Positions 1 to 8,411 of a stretch of 55,736 bases of DNA are shown here, piece after piece. Within the stretch, counting starts at the first letter, position 1, and every line of letters starts with the position of its first letter. A model generated the notes under the pieces. That model was not told the DNA's origin, did not search any database, and saw nothing but the letters and a program-made list of their open reading frames with translations. Made by a program: the position numbers and the translations under genes. Source of the stretch: a virus (Duplodnaviria; Caudoviricetes); IMG/VR virus record IMGVR_UViG_3300045120_000268, positions 1 through 55,736 of that record; one strand, given 5' to 3'.

Positions 1-127
1 CCCCACCGGCGGCGGCCTGACGTTCACCAACAGGGTTGACCAGAACGTCACCTCCCATTGCCGCGCCGACATCTGGACCGCGACCGTCGGCGGCTCCCCG
101 GTGGCGATGACGGTCTCCCTGACCGTC
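1..127 (+). repeat. Terminal direct repeat copy 1 (probable assembly circularisation overlap)
   Basis: 1..127 is identical to 55610..55736 and falls mid-gene. Confidence 0.95.
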
Positions 128-1618
128 GCCGCCAGCCAGCAGAACCATGCGTTTGTGGTGGAGCGGTGGTCGGGGGCGAAGCTCGCCGGGTCCCCGGCGG
201 TGATCAACGCGACCGGTTCCGGCGCCCCCTCCGCGGTGGAGACGACGGTCGCGAACAACTCAGTCATCTCGTGGGTGAACGGCGACTTCGACCAGGGCAC
301 CGGCGCCCGCACCTATAGGGGCACCCCGACAGAGGAGCAGTACTGGCCAGCGGGTGACTGCACCGGCTACTTCGCCTGGCAGACACAAGCGACCGCCGGG
401 GCGGTGACAGTCGGGCTGACCGCCCCAAGCCAGACGTGGACGATGGCCGCGATCGAAATCCAGGCGTTCAACACCGGCGCCCTCACTGATGGTGGCGCGT
501 CCACGTTCGACGGGACGGCGTTCATCGCCGACGGCGGGAAAAGTGTCCCGGTGAACACGGCCACGGGCGGCAGCGGCGGCCTGGCCAGCGCGTCGGTGGT
601 TCCGGCGGGTGGGACTACATTCAACGGGGGCAACGGGTTCACCGCGTCCACCACCGGCGGCGGCGCGGGCTCCTCAGCCGGTGACGCCCTGGCGGGTGTG
701 AACGCCGCCGGGCAGGCCGGTGCGACCGCCCCCACCGGGGGTATCAGCGGCGGTGCTGGTGGCGCGGCCGGCGGCAACAACGCGGGTGTCGTGCCCGGTG
801 GTGGGTCGTTCTCCATCGGCGGCTCCGTCTCCGGCGCCGCCGGCGCGGCCGGGAAGGTCACGATCACCTACACGCCGCCGCTCGCCGCATTCAAAACCTT
901 GGTGGCTCACTCGCCGAGCTACATGGCGCCGCCGACGCTGAACCCGCTGATCCCCACCGGCTCCGGCCTCGACCCACCCGACGGCCGCGAATACACGATC
1001 GCCTCCCCCGTCCCCGGCCTGCCCGCCAGGTACTACGGGACGTACACGATCATCGTTTTCTTCTCCACCATCAACACCCCCTCCGCGTCGCGGACCGTAA
1101 CGGTCACGTTCAAGCAATACGACTACACCGGCGGCCCATCCACCAGCCGGTCGGTCGCCCGCACCCTCACCCCGTCAACGGAGTCGCCGCCGATCGCCAA
1201 CGGATTCGTCGTCCTCGGGGAGATCACGCTCCCCTGCCGCGACCATGCCCAGGACAACACCGCCGCGTTCTACACCGCCGCCGTCAACTCGACCAACGCG
1301 AGCGACAGGGCGCTCGACATCGTGGCGATCGACGTCCGCGGGCAGACCGCGGCGATCAACATCTCCGGCACCGGGCACGTCAACTATTACCTGGACGAGC
1401 CGTCGACCGACCGGGACTGGGGACGGGTCCTCGCCTCCGACTATGACCGGGCGCAGGCGACGTCGGTGCTCGACGCGAACGACATGATCCTGTCCGGTGG
1501 GCCGCTGGTGATCGACCCGGCTGGTGCGGGCTGGTTGCTTGCCTACTCGCCGGACGCAGGGGCACCGGGACTCACCGCCACGTTCTATCCGAGATGGAGA
1601 GATTCGCGCCTGTCCTGA
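1..1618 (+). CDS. C-terminal part of the evolved distal tail/minor tail protein (continues from 54111; ~1038 aa total)
   Basis: ORF 101..1618 is in frame with the open frame from GTG 54111 across the junction; Gly-rich and beta-rich; directly follows the tape measure gene. Confidence 0.8.
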   Translation, partial: PTGGGLTFTNRVDQNVTSHCRADIWTATVGGSPVAMTVSLTVAASQQNHAFVVERWSGAKLAGSPAVINATGSGAPSAVETTVANNSVISWVNGDFDQGTGARTYRGTPTEEQYWPAGDCTGYFAWQTQATAGAVTVGLTAPSQTWTMAAIEIQAFNTGALTDGGASTFDGTAFIADGGKSVPVNTATGGSGGLASASVVPAGGTTFNGGNGFTASTTGGGAGSSAGDALAGVNAAGQAGATAPTGGISGGAGGAAGGNNAGVVPGGGSFSIGGSVSGAAGAAGKVTITYTPPLAAFKTLVAHSPSYMAPPTLNPLIPTGSGLDPPDGREYTIASPVPGLPARYYGTYTIIVFFSTINTPSASRTVTVTFKQYDYTGGPSTSRSVARTLTPSTESPPIANGFVVLGEITLPCRDHAQDNTAAFYTAAVNSTNASDRALDIVAIDVRGQTAAINISGTGHVNYYLDEPSTDRDWGRVLASDYDRAQATSVLDANDMILSGGPLVIDPAGAGWLLAYSPDAGAPGLTATFYPRWRDSRLS

Positions 1619-1917
1619 TCGTAGTCCGGGTGGTCCCGGTAGACGGCGGCGAGGCTGTAGAGGGCAAACGTCAGCACCGGCGAGTCAGAAGGGCTGGCTT
1701 CCCATTGCGCGAGGATGGCCCGCTTGGCTTCCACCTCGCGCAGCACCCGCACCGGGTTAACTGCCGCCTCGCGCCACGCGTACTCAGCGCCATCACGAAT
1801 GCCCCGGTCGATCTGCCGGTGCGCGTCATCAAGTTTGTCCCGCAGGGCCTGGGCCCGCAGCGCCGCAGCTTCGTCCTCGTCCAGCCGTGCCCGCAGGAAC
1901 GCCACCAGAGGGTGCAT
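1585..1917 (-). CDS. DUF6221-like protein (antisense moron)
   Basis: Motifs FLRARLDEDE, RVLREVEAKRAIL, LAAVYRDHPDY. Confidence 0.75.
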   Translation of the reverse strand: MHPLVAFLRARLDEDEAAALRAQALRDKLDDAHRQIDRGIRDGAEYAWREAAVNPVRVLREVEAKRAILAQWEASPSDSPVLTFALYSLAAVYRDHPDYDQDRRESLHLG

Positions 1918-2110
1918 GAACCCACGCTAACCGACTAGTTGCGGCGCGGGGGCGCCGGCATCGCCGGTCGGGGCATCTGGAGTGCCCGCATTCTTCCCGC
2001 CAGGGCACGCGCCCCACGCCGCCCGCCCAGTGTAGGAAACCCCCGCCATAAGTGCTAAAAACCCCCGAATAACTGCTAAAAAGTTGCGAATTAGCAGGTC
2101 AGGAGGGCCA

Positions 2111-2596
2111 GTGTTTTACCTGACCAGGCGGCAGGCGCGGGCCGCGATGTCCGCCGCCGCAGGCGCAGCCGTCTACCTCGCCGCGTCGGAGCTCGGCAAG
2201 GACCGGCTGAAACTGACCGGCCTGTTCGTCCTCGCCTCCGCGTCGATGGCCGGGATGGTCACCGCCAAAGCCAGCCCCAAGGCGGCCAACGTCGAGTCCC
2301 GGCTCAACACGCACGTCGCCGCGACCGCCCCCGCAGTCAACCTGCAAGCCAACGGCGGCACCATCGGCGGCACGCTGAACACCACCGGCAAGGTCAACCC
2401 GTCCGGCCAGGGCCGCGCCGACCTCAACTGGACACCCAACACCCACCAGGGCGGCGCACCCGCGTCCTACTCCCAGTCGTCGTTCGACGCCTGCATCAGC
2501 CGCGTCAGCGACCTGATCGACCAGGTGAGTCTTGTGTCCGACCGCGCCGACTGGCTCCGGCAGCAGCTGTCCAACGGCAACGTCGTCATCAACTGA
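2111..2596 (+). CDS. Putative tail-associated protein
   Basis: AGGAGG RBS at 2101, GTG at 2111; C-terminal coiled coil; lies among tail genes. Confidence 0.55.
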   Translation: MFYLTRRQARAAMSAAAGAAVYLAASELGKDRLKLTGLFVLASASMAGMVTAKASPKAANVESRLNTHVAATAPAVNLQANGGTIGGTLNTTGKVNPSGQGRADLNWTPNTHQGGAPASYSQSSFDACISRVSDLIDQVSLVSDRADWLRQQLSNGNVVIN

Positions 2597-2611
2597 CAGA
2601 GAGGCAGCGCC

Positions 2612-2899
2612 ATGGCGGTCGGTTTCCAGTTCGACCAGGACCGGGCGAACCAGCAACTCGGGGCGCTCGCTGTCCAGTTGCGGGACCTGATGGTGGCGAT
2701 CAGCTCCTACCACCAGAAGGTGACGGGCCTTGGCCACGCCGGGCAGATGGCCCTCGGGTTCAGCGACGCTGACGCGACCGATCTGCAGTTGCGCGCGGAC
2801 TACATCAACACGGTCGCGGCGCTGTATTACGGGACGGCGGCGCAGCCGTCGCCGTTCAACTTCGATGATGCGTTGTCTGGTGTCCGGGCTGGCCGCTGA
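2612..2899 (+). CDS. Hypothetical tail-region protein
   Basis: 95-aa ORF with GAGG RBS, in operon. Confidence 0.7.
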   Translation: MAVGFQFDQDRANQQLGALAVQLRDLMVAISSYHQKVTGLGHAGQMALGFSDADATDLQLRADYINTVAALYYGTAAQPSPFNFDDALSGVRAGR

Positions 2900-2901
2900 C
2901 C

Positions 2902-4026
2902 GTGTACGCCTATGACGTCACGCAGGTCGCCACCCGCGCACCCGACGGGTCGAACTTCACCCCCCTCGGCACCTTGGGTCACGTCACCCCCGCCGTCTAC
3001 TCCGACACGCTCCCCGGCGGCAACGACTCCCTCACCTGCACCCTCCAAATCCCCCCCTCCTACCGGCATCCCGCGTTCGACCCCGGCCGCATCCTCGAGG
3101 CATACAGGGGCGGCAGCAAAATCTGGGAGGGGATCCTGGGGGAGCCGCAGCCGGGTGACGGCGGATGGTCGCTGACCGCGCAGGGGGCGGGGAACTACGG
3201 CGACCGGTACCTGTCCATCTGGACCGTGTGGAACCAGAACAACCCGATCGACGCCGCGATCGTCCGCGGGCTGCGCTGGAACAAGCCGTCGTTCGCGTCC
3301 ACGGGGCTGTATCTGGCTGAGCAGCAGGACAGCGGGTCACAGACGATCAGCGACTTCTTGACGTTGGTCACAAGGCCTGGGGCGTACACGTGGCATGTGG
3401 GGCGCAGGAACACCTTGAGCGTGTTCCCGATCCCCACCACGCCGACCAGGATCCTGATGGCTGGCAGCCCCGCCGCGAGGAGCCTGGCCGGCTACATCAA
3501 CGCCTTGACCGGCCGCTACCAGTCCGCCGACGACAACGCCACCACCGGCGCCGCCGCGACCTTCGCCCTCACCACCGCCACCAACGCCGCCAGCATCGCC
3601 AAGCACCTGCGGACCGAGGCGTTCTGGGACATCACCCAGGCCGGCACCATCTCCGGCGGCGCCGCTGGCGGGTTCGTCGCCCAGGCCCTCACCCTCTACC
3701 AGGCCGCCTCATGGGCGGGGCCGCTCACCGTCCGGTACGGCTCCTACACCACCATGACCGGCGTCCCCGTCGACCTGGGCTGTGAGGTCGCGGGGGAGGT
3801 CGTCCAGTTGCAGCTGGCCGACGGCCCGTACGGCGGGGAAGTGTCACCGTCGCCTCCGGTGACGTTCCCCGTCGGGCGGGTCGAGTATGACGACGGGGCG
3901 CAGGTGCTGTCGGTGACGCCGTTCCAGTCGGTGCCGAACGACCTGCCGTCGCTGCTGTCGGCGCTCGCCACCACACTGCCCACCCCCGCGCCACCACCCA
4001 CCACACAGCCGATGATCTCCGCATAA
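2902..4026 (+). CDS. Minor tail protein (baseplate hub/Tal-like)
   Basis: 374 aa; LEAYRGGSKIWEGIL resembles the hub-protein motif; position in tail cluster. Confidence 0.65.
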   Translation: MYAYDVTQVATRAPDGSNFTPLGTLGHVTPAVYSDTLPGGNDSLTCTLQIPPSYRHPAFDPGRILEAYRGGSKIWEGILGEPQPGDGGWSLTAQGAGNYGDRYLSIWTVWNQNNPIDAAIVRGLRWNKPSFASTGLYLAEQQDSGSQTISDFLTLVTRPGAYTWHVGRRNTLSVFPIPTTPTRILMAGSPAARSLAGYINALTGRYQSADDNATTGAAATFALTTATNAASIAKHLRTEAFWDITQAGTISGGAAGGFVAQALTLYQAASWAGPLTVRYGSYTTMTGVPVDLGCEVAGEVVQLQLADGPYGGEVSPSPPVTFPVGRVEYDDGAQVLSVTPFQSVPNDLPSLLSALATTLPTPAPPPTTQPMISA

Positions 4027-4043
4027 CCGGAAACCGGGGGACG

Positions 4044-4697
4044 ATGGCCGCCGACGACCCCCGCGACGGGCACCAGCCCGACTGGCGCCCCGTCCCGGAT
4101 CCAACGACCCTGACGACCGAGCAGCTGCGCCGCGAACTGTCCGCGCTCCGCGAGATCCTCACCGCCCGCCTCGACGGCATGGACCGCGCCACCGACCTCC
4201 TGTCAGAGACGGTCAACCGCACCCCCACTGTCATCCAGACCGAGATCGCGCACCTCCGCGAACTGATGAACGAGAAGCTCGGCAGCCTCGGCGGGCAGGC
4301 CGAAGAGAAGTTCCATTCGATCGAGTTGCAGTTCGTGGAACGGGACGTCCGCACCAACCAGGCCGCCACCGCCAGCGCCCAGGCCCTCGCCGCCGCGCTT
4401 CAGGCCGCGAAAGAAGCCGTGTTCGAGCAGGCGCAGGCCGCCGCCAAAGCCGCCGAGAAAACCGAACTGTCGTTCACCAAGCAGATCGACCAGATCCAGT
4501 TGCAGATCAAGACGATCGGCGACGGGTTCGGCGACCGGCTCGCCGAACTGAAAGAACGCATCGACCGGGGTGAAGGCAGCACCACCGGCGCGGCGGGACT
4601 GCGCACCGAACGGCGCCTCGATTATGGGCAGGTCCTCGCTGGCCTCGCCGTCGTTGTCGCCGTCGTTGTCGCCGTCATCTCCATCCTTCACCAGTAG
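4044..4697 (+). CDS. Coiled-coil protein with C-terminal TM anchor (lysis-cassette associated)
   Basis: Long helical region ending in LAGLAVVVAVVVAVISILHQ. Confidence 0.7.
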   Translation: MAADDPRDGHQPDWRPVPDPTTLTTEQLRRELSALREILTARLDGMDRATDLLSETVNRTPTVIQTEIAHLRELMNEKLGSLGGQAEEKFHSIELQFVERDVRTNQAATASAQALAAALQAAKEAVFEQAQAAAKAAEKTELSFTKQIDQIQLQIKTIGDGFGDRLAELKERIDRGEGSTTGAAGLRTERRLDYGQVLAGLAVVVAVVVAVISILHQ

Positions 4698-4815
4698 CCG
4701 CCGACGGCCGCGCCACCCGGGCGGGGACAGGCGCTGCACCCGCAGCCACTGACGCTGCCGGATCTTCGGCCGCCACATGCCACGGTCAAACCAGCCCATC
4801 CACCCATCATGCGGG

Positions 4816-4837
4816 TTCTACTTTCTAGAAAGTAGAA
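4816..4837. promoter_or_regulatory. Perfect 22-bp AT-rich palindrome
   Basis: TTCTACTTTCTAGAAAGTAGAA is its own reverse complement; lies between convergent genes. Confidence 0.55.
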
Positions 4838-4855
4838 ACAGGCGTTCGTCCTGCA

Positions 4856-5194
4856 CTAATCCAGGTCATCGTCCGCCACTGCCGCAGCGTCCGCTCGGGC
4901 GAGTACCTCGGCGAGCGCGTCTGCACTCCATGAGTCGAACTTCCGGCTGTTGATCTTGTCCACGGCCTCATACCTGTCATGGACGTGGGCGGCAAGGTGA
5001 GCATTCTTCAGCACGGCCAGCGCCCAGGCGTGAGCGGACAGGATCGAATGGAACCGGGTGTGGGCTGGCTTGTCCTCGGTGTAGATGAGTGACCCGCAGT
5101 CCAGGCACCGTTCCAGGCCGTAGATAGCAACCATCTTCGGGTCGGGGAATGTGTATCTCGGCCCGGCCGGGTTCTCTGCTGGCGCTTCACTCAT
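4856..5194 (-). CDS. Hypothetical protein with C2H2-like Zn motif
   Basis: CLDC...HTRFH. Confidence 0.6.
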   Translation of the reverse strand: MSEAPAENPAGPRYTFPDPKMVAIYGLERCLDCGSLIYTEDKPAHTRFHSILSAHAWALAVLKNAHLAAHVHDRYEAVDKINSRKFDSWSADALAEVLARADAAAVADDDLD

Positions 5195-5214
5195 AGCCGC
5201 ATCATAGAAGGAGC

Positions 5215-5397
5215 GTGGTTCAAATCTTCGGTATAGCTAGCATCGTCGCGTTCGCCATCGCCTTGCTGATGCACCTGTTCGGCTGGGGCTCCGGCAAGGT
5301 CGACGAGACCCTGTTCACCCTCATCGGGCTGCTGTGCCTGGCGGTCCATGTGGTGACCGGCTGGTGGGGACCAGTCCGCCGCCACCCGGCAGCCTGA
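5215..5397 (+). CDS. Small 2-TM membrane protein (holin-like)
   Basis: Two hydrophobic helices; GAAGGAG RBS. Confidence 0.65.
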   Translation: MVQIFGIASIVAFAIALLMHLFGWGSGKVDETLFTLIGLLCLAVHVVTGWWGPVRRHPAA

Positions 5398-5398
5398 C

Positions 5399-5668
5399 AT
5401 GGCCGCACCAGTAGAGGCCAAGGTGACCGCTGGGTCGCTGTCCGCCGCCGCTGCAGGGGTCGCGCTGTGGGCGCTCCAGACCTACGTGTTCAAGAACGGG
5501 ATGCCCGCCGGGGCCGAGTCGCTGGTGTACCTGCTCGTGCCCGCCATCATCGCGTTCGCGGGTTCGTATGTCGCGCCGCACACACACCGGCCGGACCTCC
5601 TGCCCCCGCTCGTGTCCCCGCCGTCCCCGGCGGCCCCGCCGCTGCCGCCAGCCGGGCCAGTCGCATGA
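5399..5668 (+). CDS. Holin (actinobacterial type)
   Basis: MAAPVEAKV start, 2 TM segments, YVAPHTHRP end. Confidence 0.7.
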   Translation: MAAPVEAKVTAGSLSAAAAGVALWALQTYVFKNGMPAGAESLVYLLVPAIIAFAGSYVAPHTHRPDLLPPLVSPPSPAAPPLPPAGPVA

Positions 5669-5823
5669 TCATCCTCGGCATCATCCTGGTCATCGCCGGG
5701 CTCGTCCTCCCGCAGCTGGCGATCCTGATCACCATCGGGATCATCCTCATCGTCATCGGCGTGGTTCTGCTGATCCTCGGCCACGCCGGGCACGCGGTAG
5801 GCGGCAGGCGGCACTGGTTCTGA
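5665..5823 (+). CDS. DUF6131-like small membrane protein
   Basis: MIILGIILVIAG...GHAVGGRRHWF; ATGA overlap with upstream gene. Confidence 0.75.
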   Translation: MIILGIILVIAGLVLPQLAILITIGIILIVIGVVLLILGHAGHAVGGRRHWF

Positions 5824-6074
5824 TGACCACACCCCAGGGCAGCGAATGCTCCTGCGTCCTCTGCGGCCACACGTTCACCGGCCTCACCCTCTTCGACGCC
5901 CACCAAGACGTCGACTACGGCCGGGAGCCGGTCATCGTCTGCCGCGACCCCACCGGGCTAGGACTGGCGCAGGACGCCCGGGGTACCTGGGGTACCCCCG
6001 AAGGGATCGCAAGCCGGGATTTCCACGCCACGAGGCTCGCACGGGCCAACGCTGAACGCCGGGCCCAGGCGTGA
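5823..6074 (+). CDS. Phage FDxHR-type zinc-binding protein
   Basis: CVLCGHTFTGLTLFDAHQ...CRDP. Confidence 0.7.
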   Translation: MTTPQGSECSCVLCGHTFTGLTLFDAHQDVDYGREPVIVCRDPTGLGLAQDARGTWGTPEGIASRDFHATRLARANAERRAQA

Positions 6075-6370
6075 GACTGCGCGCGGGCCGGAAGCTGAGC
6101 CGCACGATCTACCTTCAGCTAGGCGATGAACCCAGCGACGACGACGAACTGCTCGGGCTGTTCCTTGACCCGGCGCGGGCGGACCTGGTGGTGAAGACCG
6201 TTAACGGACCGTCGCCGCCCAGCCGGTCACCCGACCCGGCCGACCTCGCACTCGCCAAAATCGCCGTCCCATGGATGGGACTCCACCAGAACACCCCACC
6301 CCACCCCGCAGGCAACGCCAAACTCGCCCAGGCCCTCGCCGCGTGGCTCACCGCCCGCGGCATCTACTGA
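6071..6370 (+). CDS. Hypothetical protein
   Basis: GTGA-coupled 99-aa ORF. Confidence 0.55.
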   Translation: MRLRAGRKLSRTIYLQLGDEPSDDDELLGLFLDPARADLVVKTVNGPSPPSRSPDPADLALAKIAVPWMGLHQNTPPHPAGNAKLAQALAAWLTARGIY

Positions 6371-6462
6371 CCCGCTACACTCAGATCGCCGCGAGGGAGC
6401 GCACTCCCCCGTTGACCGCGCCGCCCCCGGCTGCAGCACAGTCCAGGGGGCGGCGCGGTTCT

Positions 6463-6567
6463 CTATTTCCCTCGCCGCCACCGCTGCCACGCCAGCACAA
6501 GAAACGGGGCCACAGCGAACCCCACAAGGAACGCGGCGATGGCGACCAGGACAGCCTGATCGCTCAT
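6463..6567 (-). CDS. Small single-TM protein
   Basis: MSDQAVLVAIAAFLVGFAVAPFLVLAWQRWRRGK. Confidence 0.45.
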   Translation of the reverse strand: MSDQAVLVAIAAFLVGFAVAPFLVLAWQRWRRGK

Positions 6568-6641
6568 CCCGTCACCCCCTGCCACTAGGCTTGTCCTGCT
6601 GCGATCGCCGCACCCCTCCGCACTGCCAGACGGGTACACCC

Positions 6642-6824
6642 ATGCCACCATCCGACGAGTTCGACACCATCATCCAGGCCGTCAACGCCGGCTACCCAGC
6701 GCCGGGAGCTGGTCCCGTGAAACCGTCGTCTCATCCGGTGCTGTGGTTCGCTGCGGGGACCGGGCTGTGGGTGGTGGACGGGATACTGCTGTACCTGTTC
6801 CTGTGGCTCCTGCTGCACGGGTAG
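6642..6824 (+). CDS. Small membrane protein
   Basis: C-terminal TM segment; overlaps the tail of a convergent ORF. Confidence 0.45.
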   Translation: MPPSDEFDTIIQAVNAGYPAPGAGPVKPSSHPVLWFAAGTGLWVVDGILLYLFLWLLLHG

Positions 6825-7062
6825 CCCGCGCCGCAACGAGCTCGGCGCGTCGGCGCCTCGACACCGACACCTGCGCCGCGCCAGCCATCACCACCAGCCA
6901 CGCCACCACACCCAGCGCCCACGCATAACCCGACGCGACCACCCACCACAGGCCAGCCGCCGCCGCCGCCAGCCCAACGACCCGGGCGATCGTCCGCCGC
7001 GCGTGCCACAACTGATGCGGGCACGAACAATACGGCCTCAGATTCTCAGGCGTACACATCAC
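6682..7062 (-). CDS. 2-TM membrane protein (transfer-module accessory)
   Basis: GAGGGAG RBS; two TM segments followed by RRRR. Confidence 0.55.
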   Translation of the reverse strand: MMCTPENLRPYCSCPHQLWHARRTIARVVGLAAAAAGLWWVVASGYAWALGVVAWLVVMAGAAQVSVSRRRRAELVAARATRAAGATGTGTAVSRPPPTARSPQRTTAPDETTVSRDQLPALGSRR

Positions 7063-7135
7063 TTCTCCCTCACGGTTGACTAGGCCGGAGGGGATGCGGC
7101 AGCTACGTCCTGTCGCATCCCCTCACCCGGCGTCC

Positions 7136-7285
7136 TTACTTGCCCTTGCCGCCGTTCGGCTTGTTGTTCGGGTTGTTCTTGCTGTCGCGGCCGTAGTCCT
7201 TGTCGTTCTTCGCCACCTTCGCGGACCACTTGGCCACGTCGCCGCTCTTGCTGTCGTCCTTGCTGCTGCTGCTGAACAGACCCAT
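7136..7285 (-). CDS. Small Lys/Ser/Asn-rich protein
   Basis: GGGAGG RBS; 49 aa. Confidence 0.55.
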   Translation of the reverse strand: MGLFSSSSKDDSKSGDVAKWSAKVAKNDKDYGRDSKNNPNNKPNGGKGK

Positions 7286-7329
7286 CGTGGGCCTCCCTTC
7301 ACCCGCGCCGGGACCATCCCGGCCGGGAG

Positions 7330-7573
7330 TCACTTATCCTTGAGGCGGAGGACGCGGCGCCCCCAGCGGGGCACCCGCCCCTTGTCACAGCGGCGGCAGC
7401 ATCGTCCGCGCCCGGCATTCACCCGCCGCATACGACCACACCCACCCGGGGTGCTTCCCCCCGCCGCCGCACCGGTGACACGCCCGCGTCGGATTCCGTG
7501 ACAGCGAGTAACGGTAGCTCCCGGCAGCCAGGACCAAAATTGCTACCGTGAGTAGCCATCCTTGGGTGGTCAC
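7330..7573 (-). pseudogene. TM plus CxxCxGxG zinc-finger protein with apparent frameshift
   Basis: First frame has TM-CHRCGGGG and stops at 7385; the adjacent frame continues CRRCDKGRVPRWGRRVL to a stop at 7330. Confidence 0.5.
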
Positions 7574-7586
7574 CGACCCGCCTCCT

Positions 7587-7601
7587 GTCACACAGCGTCA
7601 C
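7587..7601. promoter_or_regulatory. BldD-box-like site
   Basis: GTCACACAGCGTCAC matches nTnACnCWGnGTnAn; adjacent to the RBS of 7573(-). Confidence 0.5.
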
Positions 7602-7738
7602 AGTCACTCCGGGTAGCATGTCCCTTTTGTCCTAGTTCTGTCCCAGTCGAGGGAGACACGAGCGACGAAGTCGCTCGCAAGAGCGTGCGAGTCTCCCCGC
7701 ACGCCAGGTTCATGATCATCTGGAAGGTGCCGGGAACC

Positions 7739-7797
7739 ATCACGCTGCGTCACCTCGCCGGAATCGGGCACGCAGAGTGGCGACCACGCTGCGTGAC
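7739..7797. promoter_or_regulatory. Cluster of three BldD-box-like sites
   Basis: 7739-7753 perfect match, 7767-7781 two mismatches, 7783-7797 one mismatch. Confidence 0.5.
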
Positions 7798-8411
7798 GGC
7801 GGCGCGGGCGGTGGTGGTCGCTGACCGTAACCGGCGTACCGGACCATCAGCGTGTGCAGATGCACCGCCGGGTAGTCCAGCCGTTCCGCCGCCGTCTCCA
7901 GCGTCACCCCCGACCACACCATCTCAGCGCCGTCCTCCGCGAGCTTCACCACACACTCATGGCATCGGCGGCCGCCCTTGCCCACGAAGCCGCCGCAGCG
8001 GGCATGGTTGAGGCACGGCTGCGGCGGCTTCGGTTCCCGGGGCGGACGGTTCCGGGCACGGTCCTCCACCCGGTTCTGCAGCGGCGTCCCATACACCAGG
8101 TTCCCGGCGCCCGAACGGCAGCCGTCCTCACCGCCCGGGGCCCACCGGTTGTCCAGCGGGTCGTCGTTCCAGTGCCGGGCTTCCATCCCCTCCGGGCACG
8201 GCCCCTCGAAGGTGAGCAGGACGACGCTGTGGACGGTGCGCGTCTCCCGCTTCCCCTCATCGGAGACCATCTTCACCAGCGGGTAGCCGGTGCCGCTGTG
8301 GCTGCGGGTCGTGGCCATGATCTCGCCACCGGGGCGGCGCCGGATCCGGCCGGCGTCGCTGGCCAGGTACCGGCCGAACCCCGGGATAGGCTTCCACGTC
8401 TCATCCATCAT
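7740..8411 (-). CDS. NUMOD4-HNH endonuclease
   Basis: ETWKPIPGFGRYLASDAGRIR; HSVVLLTFEGPCPEGMEARHWNDDPLDNR...NLVYGT. Confidence 0.85.
   Translation of the reverse strand: MMDETWKPIPGFGRYLASDAGRIRRRPGGEIMATTRSHSGTGYPLVKMVSDEGKRETRTVHSVVLLTFEGPCPEGMEARHWNDDPLDNRWAPGGEDGCRSGAGNLVYGTPLQNRVEDRARNRPPREPKPPQPCLNHARCGGFVGKGGRRCHECVVKLAEDGAEMVWSGVTLETAAERLDYPAVHLHTLMVRYAGYGQRPPPPAPPSRSVVATLRARFRRGDAA

Noticed and set aside
4203-4799. 198-aa minus-strand ORF downstream of the palindrome
   Set aside because: Mostly antisense to 4044..4697, with no recognisable motif
4816-4837. TCTAC...GTAGA resemblance to a Cas12a repeat stem or solitary CRISPR repeat
   Set aside because: Single copy, no spacers, no cas genes and wrong loop geometry
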